From the NCBI GenBank assembly GCA_047601445.1, contig JASGJH010000001.1:3872001-3936000 (forward strand): 64,000 nt of DNA, read 5' to 3'. Under the pieces are notes generated by a model that worked only from the letters and a program-made list of their open reading frames with translations, was not told where the DNA came from and did not search any database. Below are positions 28,702 through 37,063 of the stretch, piece by piece. The translations under genes and the position numbers were made by a program. Position 1 is the stretch's first letter. The number at the start of each line of letters is the position of its first letter. The DNA is from Myxococcales bacterium. Its GTDB lineage: Bacteria; Myxococcota_A; Polyangia; Polyangiales; DASUME01.

Positions 28702-29361
28702 ATGGGTGCGGCCCGTCACGGCCAGGCATCGCACCGGCCCACGAGGAGCGGCACGCGGTACCTCCTCGTGGCGGTCGCGCAGGTGCTGCTGGGGCTCGCC
28801 TGTACGGAACCTCACTTCACGAACGAAGACGGGGGAACCGACGCGGCCGGCGGCGATGGGTCGCACGCCCCCATGGAGCAGGAAGCCGGGCCCGCAGACG
28901 TCGCGGGTGATGGCGATGGCGATGGCGACGCGCCTGGGGATGCATCTCAAGTGACGGAGCGCACCGACGGGGGAATAGCGGCGACGCCCAGCCTGTGCGG
29001 CACGCCCGCCGCGGCTAGCTCACTTGGCCAGGACTGCGCGGGAGTCGTGGAGTGCGGCAACGCTCACGAGTGCGACGTCACGAAGGACCATTGCTGCCTG
29101 GTGTTCGGTGGCTTCGGTGATGCTTGCGGCTCGAGTCCATGCGAGAACAACTGGCCGGTGCTGTGCGACGGTCCCGAGGATTGTCAGCAGGGCCAATCCT
29201 GTTGTTTCCAGGGCGGCCCCACTTCGTGTCAGAGCGTGTGCGACGCGGACAAGGTGCTGTGCCATCAGGACAGCGCGTGCCCCAGCGGCAAGTGCGTGAA
29301 GGGTCGCCCCGACCTGCAGTTCGGGGTGCTATGGGCCTACTGGGGCTTCTGCGCGCCATAA
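28702..29361 (+). CDS. Cys-rich lipoprotein
   Basis: Lipobox GLAC; Gly/Asp linker; CDGPEDC..CC and CHQDSAC Cys-rich motifs. Confidence 0.75.
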   Translation: MGAARHGQASHRPTRSGTRYLLVAVAQVLLGLACTEPHFTNEDGGTDAAGGDGSHAPMEQEAGPADVAGDGDGDGDAPGDASQVTERTDGGIAATPSLCGTPAAASSLGQDCAGVVECGNAHECDVTKDHCCLVFGGFGDACGSSPCENNWPVLCDGPEDCQQGQSCCFQGGPTSCQSVCDADKVLCHQDSACPSGKCVKGRPDLQFGVLWAYWGFCAP

Positions 29362-29389
29362 ACAGGACGCTGACTTGGTCCGCGTCCTG

Positions 29390-30187
29390 CTAGTCGACCA
29401 ACGAGCCGCAGGTGAGGTTCATGATGGCGCCCGTCAGTGCGCCCGCGTGATCGGAGGCGGCGAACAAGGCTGCGTGAGCGACCTCGTCGAGCGTTGGGAA
29501 GCGGCCGAGCAGCGTCCCCGCGCTGGCGCGTGCTGCCAACATCGCCTCGGGCGTCAAGCCATGCGGCTCGGCGGCGCGGCGAAACACCTCCCTGGCGTAG
29601 GAGCTCGCGAGCGCCTCGGGGATGGCGTCCGGACGCAGGCACACTGCACGGATCCCACTCGGCCCAAGCTCACCGGCAAGGATGCGCGTAAACGCTTCGA
29701 TGCCCGCGCAGGTCACGCCGTAGCCCAGAAAGCCGCTGCCACTCATGCGCGAACCGGGCGTGGAGAGCGTGAGGATCACGCCCGAATGCTGCCTCGCCAT
29801 GACCTTGGCCACGGCTCGGGCGGTGATGAAATTGCTGCGCATGAACGTCGTGACGGGTTCGGCGAAGTCCTCGTAGGAGAGGCTCAAGAAGCTCGGCCCC
29901 TGCAGGTGCATGAAGCCCGTCGCGTTCAAGGTCACGTCGATACGACCGCCCTGCTCGACCACGGCGTCCACGTGGGCCTGCACGGCGCGCTCGTCCAGCG
30001 CGTCGACTTGGGAGAAGCTGACGCACCCACCGGCCTCGCGGATGCCGTGCGCCGTCGCCTCCAGCTTGGAGAGCGTGCGACCCGCCAGGTGCACTTGGGC
30101 TCCCTCCCGAGCGAACACGCGGGCCACGGCACTCCCGATGGCGCCGCCCGCGCCGTAGATCACCGCGTGCTTGTTTTTTAGCCACAT
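29390..30187 (-). CDS. SDR family oxidoreductase
   Basis: AVIYGAGGAIG, LNATG, ELGPSGIRAVCL, LTGAIMNLTCG; RBS AAGGAG upstream. Confidence 0.93.
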   Translation of the reverse strand: MWLKNKHAVIYGAGGAIGSAVARVFAREGAQVHLAGRTLSKLEATAHGIREAGGCVSFSQVDALDERAVQAHVDAVVEQGGRIDVTLNATGFMHLQGPSFLSLSYEDFAEPVTTFMRSNFITARAVAKVMARQHSGVILTLSTPGSRMSGSGFLGYGVTCAGIEAFTRILAGELGPSGIRAVCLRPDAIPEALASSYAREVFRRAAEPHGLTPEAMLAARASAGTLLGRFPTLDEVAHAALFAASDHAGALTGAIMNLTCGSLVD

Positions 30188-30214
30188 GGCTCCTTCTTTC
30201 TGATGGAGGGTAGG

Positions 30215-30305
30215 GACGAGCACGAGCACGACTACGTTGAGGTTGACGTAAGGTTGACGTTGACGTTGTCCTAACGCTGTCCTTGACGGCGACGGCGACG
30301 TGAAC
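30215..30305. repeat. Hexamer-periodic intergenic element related to 5398-5610
   Basis: Shares CGTTGAGGTTGAC, GTTGACGTTGACGTTG and TTGACGGCGACGGCGACG with the right arm of the 5.4-kb element. Confidence 0.75.
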
Positions 30306-30338
30306 CTAGCCGTCCCACGTCCGCGACGTCCGCCCCGC

Positions 30339-30773
30339 TCACGCATTCCCCCGCAGCAACATCCCCACCAACTGATCAAGTCCCCTTGTCCACCCCTCCC
30401 GATGCTCATGAACAGTGGCCTCGCTCGGCAGCGCACACTGGACGAGGGTGAGCTCCGACTCCTGGTCTGAAAGCGCGCGGATCTCCACGCTCACCAGACT
30501 GGCCTGCCCCTGTGTGGCTTCGGAGATCCAGCTGAACTCGATGCGCCTGGGCGGCTCCAGCAGCAGATACTGGCCGTGGTGGGGATACGCCTTGCCGTCC
30601 GCAAACATCTCGATCCTGAAGGTTCCACCGACGCGCACGTCTAGGCGCGCCTCGGTGCGACAGCCCGGCATGGGCAACATCCACTGCACGAGTAGCTCGG
30701 GAGAAGTGAAGGCCTCGTAGAGCTCCTCGGCGGACGCGGAGAACCTGCGGACGATGCGGAGCTCGTGACTCAT
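30339..30773 (-). CDS. SRPBCC/AHSA1 domain protein
   Basis: LRIVRRFSASAEELYEAFT..DVRVGGTFRI..PPRRIEFSW..HREGW. Confidence 0.92.
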   Translation of the reverse strand: MSHELRIVRRFSASAEELYEAFTSPELLVQWMLPMPGCRTEARLDVRVGGTFRIEMFADGKAYPHHGQYLLLEPPRRIEFSWISEATQGQASLVSVEIRALSDQESELTLVQCALPSEATVHEHREGWTRGLDQLVGMLLRGNA

Positions 30774-31108
30774 CGTCGCTTGCCCTTGCGCTTGGCCAGC
30801 AGCACCTCGAGTGCATCCAAGCGTCCTTCCCAAAAGCCGCGATAGAACTCGAGCCACGTCACCGCGTCCGAGAGCGGCTCCGCCCGTAGCGAGATGTGGT
30901 GCGTGCGACCTTCCACGCGGCGCCGAATCAGCTGCGCGCCCTCGAGCACCTTGAGGTGCTTGGACACGGCGTTGAGCGACATCTCGTAGGGGTCGGCCAG
31001 GTCGCCCACCGAGAGCTCCCCCAACGACAAACGACGCAGGATGTCCCGGCGCGTGGGGTCGGCGAGCGCGGTGAACGTGGCATCGAGTCGCACGACTTGT
31101 TCAACCAT
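30770..31108 (-). CDS. ArsR/SmtB family transcriptional regulator
   Basis: FTALADPTRRDIL..SLNAVSKHLKVLEGAQLI..GR..FWEGRLDAL; stop overlaps the SRPBCC start. Confidence 0.95.
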   Translation of the reverse strand: MVEQVVRLDATFTALADPTRRDILRRLSLGELSVGDLADPYEMSLNAVSKHLKVLEGAQLIRRRVEGRTHHISLRAEPLSDAVTWLEFYRGFWEGRLDALEVLLAKRKGKRR

Positions 31109-31117
31109 TTGGTTGAA
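31100..31117. promoter_or_regulatory. ArsR autoregulatory operator TTCAACCA-TT-TGGTTGAA
   Basis: Perfect 8-bp inverted repeat overlapping the ArsR start codon. Confidence 0.8.
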
Positions 31118-31170
31118 TATATGGCACCCCGGTCTGGCCGGCAAGGGCTTCGAGGAACGCCGCGGCCCTC

Positions 31171-32409
31171 CTACTTGCCGCTCGCCAGCTGCTGGACCGC
31201 TGGGCAAGCCTTGTGTGCCACGGGCCGGTAACCGAGCTGCATCGCCAGACCGCAGCCGAGATACTGCACGGCGTAGTTCTTCGGATAGCGCGCGCAGAGC
31301 GGCTCCATGAGCTTGAGCGCTCCGAAGCTATCGCCGGCCGCGGTGAGCTTGGCGGCCTCTTTGTAGACGTCGCGATCCGCCGGCTCCACGTCGCGCAACA
31401 CCTCGGCCTCGTCGCCCTGCACGAGGAACGCGTGCTGGGGCGGTGCCTCGGGCGCAGGCGTCGTAAGCGCGGGCGCCGAAGAGCCAGAGCTGGCGAGCGC
31501 GCTTGCCGGGACGGCTTCGGGAGGAGCCGGCTTGATCATGGCGAGCAACTCATCGCGAGCCGCGGGGGCAAAGCCCGCCGACGCACTGCCCTCCAGGTAC
31601 GCCAAGAGCTCCTCGTGCTTGCCCGCGTATTGGAAGCGATCGCGCAAGCTAGCTGCCACGAGACCGTGGTTGGCCTCGTCGAAGCTCTGCATGTGCTCGT
31701 CGTAGGCCGGGTTCAACAAGGACTCTTTGCTGTCCACGTGCATCGCTCCCAACGTGTGGCCCCACTCGTGGAGGAACACGCAGAGCCGCTTGTGCGTCTT
31801 TCGATGCTGATAGATCTCGTCGCGCCGCGCCGACGTGAACGACGCGAAGGCACGATCGATGGCTGCGCGCTCCGCCAGGTCCGACACATCCCGCAGCACG
31901 AAATGATGACTCATGACGCGCGCCATGCCGAGGAGGTCGAAGGACGAGGTAAAGCTGGGCAACGCGCCCATCATACCGACGACCCAGTCACCATCCTCGC
32001 CTGGGTCGGTCTTCACCAGTTCGTTCACACAGTCCTGCAGACGCTCGGGGTTGCAGGCGGGGGACCACTCGGTGATCAACGCGACCTCGAAGCGCACGCC
32101 GAAATTGGAGCCGACGATGTCATTGGCCTGATCCACCAGGGAGCGTAGCGGCGTCTGGAAGTCCGTGTGCTGCTGGCGGTACTCCTTGGAGACGTAGAAG
32201 CGAATCCGACCGTGCTTGAGAGCACTGCTCGGCAGAGCGACGCCGGGTGCCTTGCGCAGCTTGGCGCCTTCGGCCTCCCTGGCCCGCTTGCGCCGCTCCA
32301 CGATGGCTTGGGTGATGCGGTGGTCGTAGAAGCAGGCCGCGAGCTGACTCCCGAGGCCGATCAGGAGGGCAGTGGCGAGCCATCGGGGCAGCAGGCGAAA
32401 CAACGGCAT
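31171..32409 (-). CDS. Zincin (matrixin-like) metalloprotease lipoprotein
   Basis: Lipobox LAAC; HEWGHTLGAMH (HExxHxxGxxH); TPR-like C-terminus. Confidence 0.85.
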   Translation of the reverse strand: MPLFRLLPRWLATALLIGLGSQLAACFYDHRITQAIVERRKRAREAEGAKLRKAPGVALPSSALKHGRIRFYVSKEYRQQHTDFQTPLRSLVDQANDIVGSNFGVRFEVALITEWSPACNPERLQDCVNELVKTDPGEDGDWVVGMMGALPSFTSSFDLLGMARVMSHHFVLRDVSDLAERAAIDRAFASFTSARRDEIYQHRKTHKRLCVFLHEWGHTLGAMHVDSKESLLNPAYDEHMQSFDEANHGLVAASLRDRFQYAGKHEELLAYLEGSASAGFAPAARDELLAMIKPAPPEAVPASALASSGSSAPALTTPAPEAPPQHAFLVQGDEAEVLRDVEPADRDVYKEAAKLTAAGDSFGALKLMEPLCARYPKNYAVQYLGCGLAMQLGYRPVAHKACPAVQQLASGK

Positions 32410-32709
32410 GCCGCTGCCTGACCCGACGAAGAGCGTGAAGCAAGGGTGAAGGCCGGGCCGCGCGAGGCCCCACTTCCCGTGACTCGAGCAACGTTCTGCC
32501 CCGCCGCGAGGACCCGTGTGTTGGCTGGGTCTGAGAGCTGAAATACGAGCGATGTGCGCGCACGTGGTCGCCGTGCTCTCCGCAGCCGACCTTTTCCGCG
32601 CGTGCAGACCGCTTGCGACCCGTTTGTTCTAGGAGCGCGCTTACGAAAGCTCGGATTGGTCGCAGGGGTGCTTGCTTTGAGCGGCTCGGAGTTGGGAACA
32701 TTAAGCATC

Positions 32710-34239
32710 TTGGTTTCGCAGTCTTCGCCGTTGCGTTTGGTCCTCGGTTTGGCAGTCCTGGCAGGGCTGGTTCCATCCGCGGGCTGCGGGCGCATCGGCG
32801 TGAAGCTGCTGGACCTGCCCGCCACGGCGAGTGACGCCGGTCCAACGGGCGATGGAGACGCGAACCCCACGGGCGAAGCGGGCATCGACGGCGGTGGCGA
32901 CGGCGACGGCGGGATGGTCGACTCCTGCGCCTCCGACCGCGATGGCGACGGCACTGCAGACTGCAACGACGCGTGCCCCGACGACGCCGAAAAGATGGCC
33001 GCTGGCGGTTGTGGCTGCGGCATGAGCGACACCGACACCGACGGCGACGGGATGCCCGATTGCGTCGACGACTGCGGAGGCAGCAACGACGCCGACTACA
33101 TGCCCGACATCAGCTGCGGCGTGGGCTACTGCCAGATGAACAACACACCCTCGACCTGCGCCGATGGCGGCGTGGAGACGGCCTGCGTGGCGGGCAATCC
33201 CCTCACCGGAACCGACACCACCTGCAACGGCGTGGACGACAACTGCGATGGCGTCGCGGACGAAGGCTACGTGCCGGTGACCCAGTGCGGCTTGGGCTAC
33301 TGCAGGACCACCAGCACCCCCTCGAGCTGCAACGCCGGCGTGGAGACGCCTTGCCAACCGGGCGCACCTCTGTCGAGCACCGACGCCACGGCCGACGGGG
33401 TGGACGACAACTGCGACGGCGCCATCGACAACAACGCGTGTAACCCGCACAGCGAGACGCTCACTGCAGGCGTGCACGCGCTGGCGCAGGGCGCCTGCAC
33501 CACGATCACCGTGAAGCTCTGGGGTGCCGGCGGCTGCTCGGGCAAGAAGGGCGGCAACTGGGGCGCCAACATCAAGGGCGGCACCGGCGGCGCGGGCGGC
33601 TACGCGCAACACAGCATCACCGTGAGCGCCGGACAGGCAGTCAGCGTGATCGTGGGCCGCGGCGGCCAGCAATGCGGTGAAACCGCGGGCCCCCCGAGCG
33701 ACACGTACAAGGGCGGCAAGGGCGCCACCAGCAGCGGCGGCTCGGGCAACGCAGGCGGCGATGGGTCCGTCATGGGCGGCGCCGGTGGCAAGGGCGCGGG
33801 CGGCAACGGCGGCAATGGCTCCTTCGGCGGTGGCGGCGGTGCCGCCGGCTCCGAGGCGTACTCGAGCTACGGCAGCGGCGGCGAGGGCGGCGGCGCCACC
33901 GTGCTCCTCGTGAACGGTACCCGCGTGGCGAGCGCGGGCGGCGGCGGCGGCGGTGGCGGCGCGGGCGCCGACTTCACCACCGCTGGCAAGTCGGGCGGCA
34001 ACGCGGGCGCGGGCTGCAGCGCGGCAGGCGCGGCTGGCACGGCTGGCATCGCCGGCGGTGGCGGCGGCGCAGGCGGTGGCGGCGTCTGCGAAGGAACCAC
34101 CACCCAGGCCGGAAGCGGCCGCACCCCTGCGAATCCGGGCGGCGACGCCCTGCCCACCGACACGGCCACGGGCGGAAACAATGACGGCGACTGCAAACCC
34201 GGCGGCACCGGGTACGCGATCGTCACCTACGGTCCGTAG
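32710..34239 (+). CDS. Surface lipoprotein with TSP3-like and MopE-like Cys repeats and a glycine-rich domain
   Basis: Lipobox SAGC; DRDGDGTADCNDACP; two GVDDNCDG repeats; TVKLWGAGG..GGAGGY..VIVGRGG polyglycine domain. Start uncertain. Confidence 0.82.
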   Translation: MVSQSSPLRLVLGLAVLAGLVPSAGCGRIGVKLLDLPATASDAGPTGDGDANPTGEAGIDGGGDGDGGMVDSCASDRDGDGTADCNDACPDDAEKMAAGGCGCGMSDTDTDGDGMPDCVDDCGGSNDADYMPDISCGVGYCQMNNTPSTCADGGVETACVAGNPLTGTDTTCNGVDDNCDGVADEGYVPVTQCGLGYCRTTSTPSSCNAGVETPCQPGAPLSSTDATADGVDDNCDGAIDNNACNPHSETLTAGVHALAQGACTTITVKLWGAGGCSGKKGGNWGANIKGGTGGAGGYAQHSITVSAGQAVSVIVGRGGQQCGETAGPPSDTYKGGKGATSSGGSGNAGGDGSVMGGAGGKGAGGNGGNGSFGGGGGAAGSEAYSSYGSGGEGGGATVLLVNGTRVASAGGGGGGGGAGADFTTAGKSGGNAGAGCSAAGAAGTAGIAGGGGGAGGGGVCEGTTTQAGSGRTPANPGGDALPTDTATGGNNDGDCKPGGTGYAIVTYGP

Positions 34240-34296
34240 GCCTCCGTTTCCCGTGGGTGCTTGACGCTCCCCGCCGCCTTGCCGATTCTTGGGCCC

Positions 34297-34905
34297 ATGG
34301 ATCAGACGGAGGCCGATCGCGCGCTCGCCATCATTCGGCAAGTCGTCGACCATACACGCGACGACCTGGTGGCACAGAACTGGGGCCTGCTGTGGATAAT
34401 CCACGCATTCACCAATTTCACGGCGTTCCTGGTCAATGGCTTTTGGGTCGAGCCTGGCGGGTTCCCGGCGCGTTTCTATCTGCTGCCGCTCGGTGTCTCC
34501 GCCTTCGTGAACGTGGTGGCCATCCTCCTGCTGCTCCCACGAGACCGCGGGGCCCGCAGCTTCGTGGAGGCGCAGATGAACGGCATCTGGCTCTCCTTCA
34601 TCGGCGTGACCGCGCTGGCTGCCCTCGCCATCGACACGGCAGGCCTGCCGCCGAGCGCCTTCTTCTTCGTGATCACCAGCGGTAGCGCCACCGGCTTTGC
34701 AGCCATGGGCGTGGTCTTCCAACGTCGCTACTTCGCGGCCACGGCGGCGTTTTGCATCGTGTTGCTGTTGGGCGGCCCGCTGGCCGCACAGCGCTGGACG
34801 GCGCTCGGCGCGGTGTGGTGGAGCGTGCTCTTCGGTGTCGGGCTCTCCATGCATCGAGCGCGCGCCGCGCGCCGCCAGAGCCCCGAGATCGCGAGGATCC
34901 TGTGA
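34297..34905 (+). CDS. Hypothetical membrane protein (~6 TM)
   Basis: Multiple hydrophobic helices; stop overlaps the next start (GTGA). Confidence 0.75.
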   Translation: MDQTEADRALAIIRQVVDHTRDDLVAQNWGLLWIIHAFTNFTAFLVNGFWVEPGGFPARFYLLPLGVSAFVNVVAILLLLPRDRGARSFVEAQMNGIWLSFIGVTALAALAIDTAGLPPSAFFFVITSGSATGFAAMGVVFQRRYFAATAAFCIVLLLGGPLAAQRWTALGAVWWSVLFGVGLSMHRARAARRQSPEIARIL

Positions 34906-35690
34906 GCGAGCGGGTGACCCCGAGCCTGCCCTTCGATCCGGAGACCGTCTGGGAGGAAGCCGTCTGCGTGAACCTGCGCATGCACCCGGACGCGCTGCGC
35001 CCGCTGGTGCCGCCCGCCTTCGAGCTCGACCTCCACCAGGGTCATGCGTTCGTTTCCCTCACCGCCTCGCGTCTGAAGAACTTCGGCGTGGTGGGCGTGC
35101 CCAATGCGCTGCGCACCAACTTCTACCAGGCCACCTACCGCGCCCACGTGCGCTACGTGGACTACGCGGGCCGCACGCGCCGGGGCTGTTACATGGTCCG
35201 CAGTGACACCAATTCGGAGGCCATGAGCATGGCCGCCAACGCGCTTCCCGAGTTCCGCGCCCATCACTGCAGCACCTATCCCATCGTGATGGCCCGCCAC
35301 CAGGGCAACCTGGTGCTCACCGTGGACTCGGGTCAGGACGCAGCGGGCAAGGTCGTGTTGGTGCTCGACACCGAGCACTGCCACCAGGAGATGCCGGCGG
35401 GCTCCGTGTTCACGAGCCTCGCCCAGGCGCGCGCGCTGCTCGTGGACTTCGACGAGTCCTACGCGCACGACGCCGACAGCGATGAGATCTTGGTACTCCG
35501 CATCGAGCGTGGCGAGTGGAAGATCAAGGTCGTCAGCGTCGTGGACAGCTATTTGGGGTTCGTGTCCCGCGGACCCTTGGGCCAGCGCGCCGACACCGTG
35601 CTCGACAGCGTGTTCTATTTCCGCGAGGTCCCCTACCGCTGGCTGCCGCTGATCCGCGAGAAACGCCGCGCAGACTCCTGCCAAGGATAG
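34902..35690 (+). CDS. DUF2071 (YqjF-like) protein
   Basis: VNLRMHPDALRPLVPPAFELD..GHAFVSL..YRAHVRY..RGCY pattern; similar to ORF 44697-45431. Confidence 0.75.
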   Translation: MSERVTPSLPFDPETVWEEAVCVNLRMHPDALRPLVPPAFELDLHQGHAFVSLTASRLKNFGVVGVPNALRTNFYQATYRAHVRYVDYAGRTRRGCYMVRSDTNSEAMSMAANALPEFRAHHCSTYPIVMARHQGNLVLTVDSGQDAAGKVVLVLDTEHCHQEMPAGSVFTSLAQARALLVDFDESYAHDADSDEILVLRIERGEWKIKVVSVVDSYLGFVSRGPLGQRADTVLDSVFYFREVPYRWLPLIREKRRADSCQG

Positions 35691-36208
35691 GCCGCTCCAG
35701 GCAGCCCCAGCACCGCATAGAGATCGCGCATTCCCGACAAGGTGACGCCGACCCCCATGCAGGTCAGCGCTCCCAGCAGCAGCGGCGCGGGCGCCTCTTG
35801 CGGGGCTGCGAGCGCGCTCGGAAGCGACCACCAACCGAGCACGCCCGGGAGCAGCTGCCCGAGCATGGCGCCGTACACGATGGCCATCACGGCGTGGGTG
35901 ACGCGCTCGCCCTTGGCCACTCCCTCGGGCTCACGCGCATCCACCTCCACCACGAAGTCGGCCAGCGTGACCACGATCTCGAAGGCCAACAGCGCCAGCA
36001 GCAGTCCCGCATAGGCTCCGTGGAACGAGAACCTCGGCAAGCCCACGAAGATGGCTCCGTACACGAAATCGCGCAGCGCATGCAGGAGGAGTTCCGTCCG
36101 GGTCTGCGGCATCCGCGCGCACAGGCGAGCCTTGTATTCGTGATAGTAGGCCGTGTCGAAGGCACCTATCGCGCCCTGCAGAGCCAACAGCCACCACACC
36201 GCCGTCAT
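35633..36208 (-). CDS. His-rich membrane protein (resembles the membrane domain fused to TIGR01777 epimerases)
   Basis: GAFDTAYYHE, ELLLHALR, EIVVTLADFVVE, ERVTHAVMAIVYGA. Confidence 0.7.
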   Translation of the reverse strand: MTAVWWLLALQGAIGAFDTAYYHEYKARLCARMPQTRTELLLHALRDFVYGAIFVGLPRFSFHGAYAGLLLALLAFEIVVTLADFVVEVDAREPEGVAKGERVTHAVMAIVYGAMLGQLLPGVLGWWSLPSALAAPQEAPAPLLLGALTCMGVGVTLSGMRDLYAVLGLPGAAYPWQESARRFSRISGSQR

Positions 36209-36792
36209 GCTCGCTCCAGCGCGCGCACGAGCCCTCGATAGCGCAGCAGCAGGCCCACCAGGGGCGCCTCGATGCACACGTCGACCCGCGCCTGGTCGCC
36301 CTCGGCGCGCGCCGAGCCCGATACACGCGGGCTGCACCAGCGCGGCAAGGGCAGACGGCGGGTCCACAGCTGCAGGCGCACGCCCGTGAGCTGCAGCTCG
36401 AGGCCGTCGCTCAGGGGCCGGAGCTCGAAGCACAGGGCCACCGGCCCGTAGGTCTCGATCAAGCGGCCGGACTCGCCGAACTGCTTGGAGATCAACGATA
36501 CGCTGCCGAATCGACGGCGCCAGACCTGGAGCGTCCCCTCGCCGTCGAGGCAAAGCGCGACCGCGGTGGCAGGCGAGGCCGGCGGCATGCGCAGCAGCCA
36601 ACCGAGCAGACGACCGAGCCAGGAGCGACTGCGCAGCACTTCGAGGGTGCCCTGGGAGGTGGCACCCTGCGAGTGAACCCGACGGACGCAGTCCGGAATG
36701 CCGCCCCAACCCGCCCCGAGGAGCTCGGCGTAGAGCCCGGCGTGGGGCTGCGCCCGCGGGGCGAGCGACGTGGTGGCCTCCTGGATCTGCAC
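36205..36792 (-). CDS. DUF4166 domain protein
   Basis: LYAELLGAGW..VRRVH..WRRRFG..E..GP..LPLPRW..APLVGLLLRYRG. Confidence 0.8.
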   Translation of the reverse strand: MQIQEATTSLAPRAQPHAGLYAELLGAGWGGIPDCVRRVHSQGATSQGTLEVLRSRSWLGRLLGWLLRMPPASPATAVALCLDGEGTLQVWRRRFGSVSLISKQFGESGRLIETYGPVALCFELRPLSDGLELQLTGVRLQLWTRRLPLPRWCSPRVSGSARAEGDQARVDVCIEAPLVGLLLRYRGLVRALERA

Positions 36793-37063
36793 CTCGGAAG
36801 CCTACCCTTTCCTCGCATTTTCGGGACCTAGGAGCCGCTCGACGGCCATGCACACCTCACCGTACAGGGCGCTCTAGCCACTCTCGGCGCATTCCGGTGA
36901 GCCGCTCAACAACCCACCAGGTCGCTGGCGGCGCCCACCATGTTGCAGCTTTGTAAAGACGCCCCTTTTGACCACGGGTGTCCTTACAATCGAGGCGTGC
37001 TGCTGATTGCACCGACGCCCGAAGTCCGTACGGATTCGGCTCCTGACACCCGAGGGCCCCTGC

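Noticed and set aside
28908..28930. GATGGC/GACGGC runs in lipoprotein genes (also ~32890-32910) as copies of the intergenic element
   Set aside because: They encode ordinary Gly-Asp linkers in frame and lack the GTTGAC modules.
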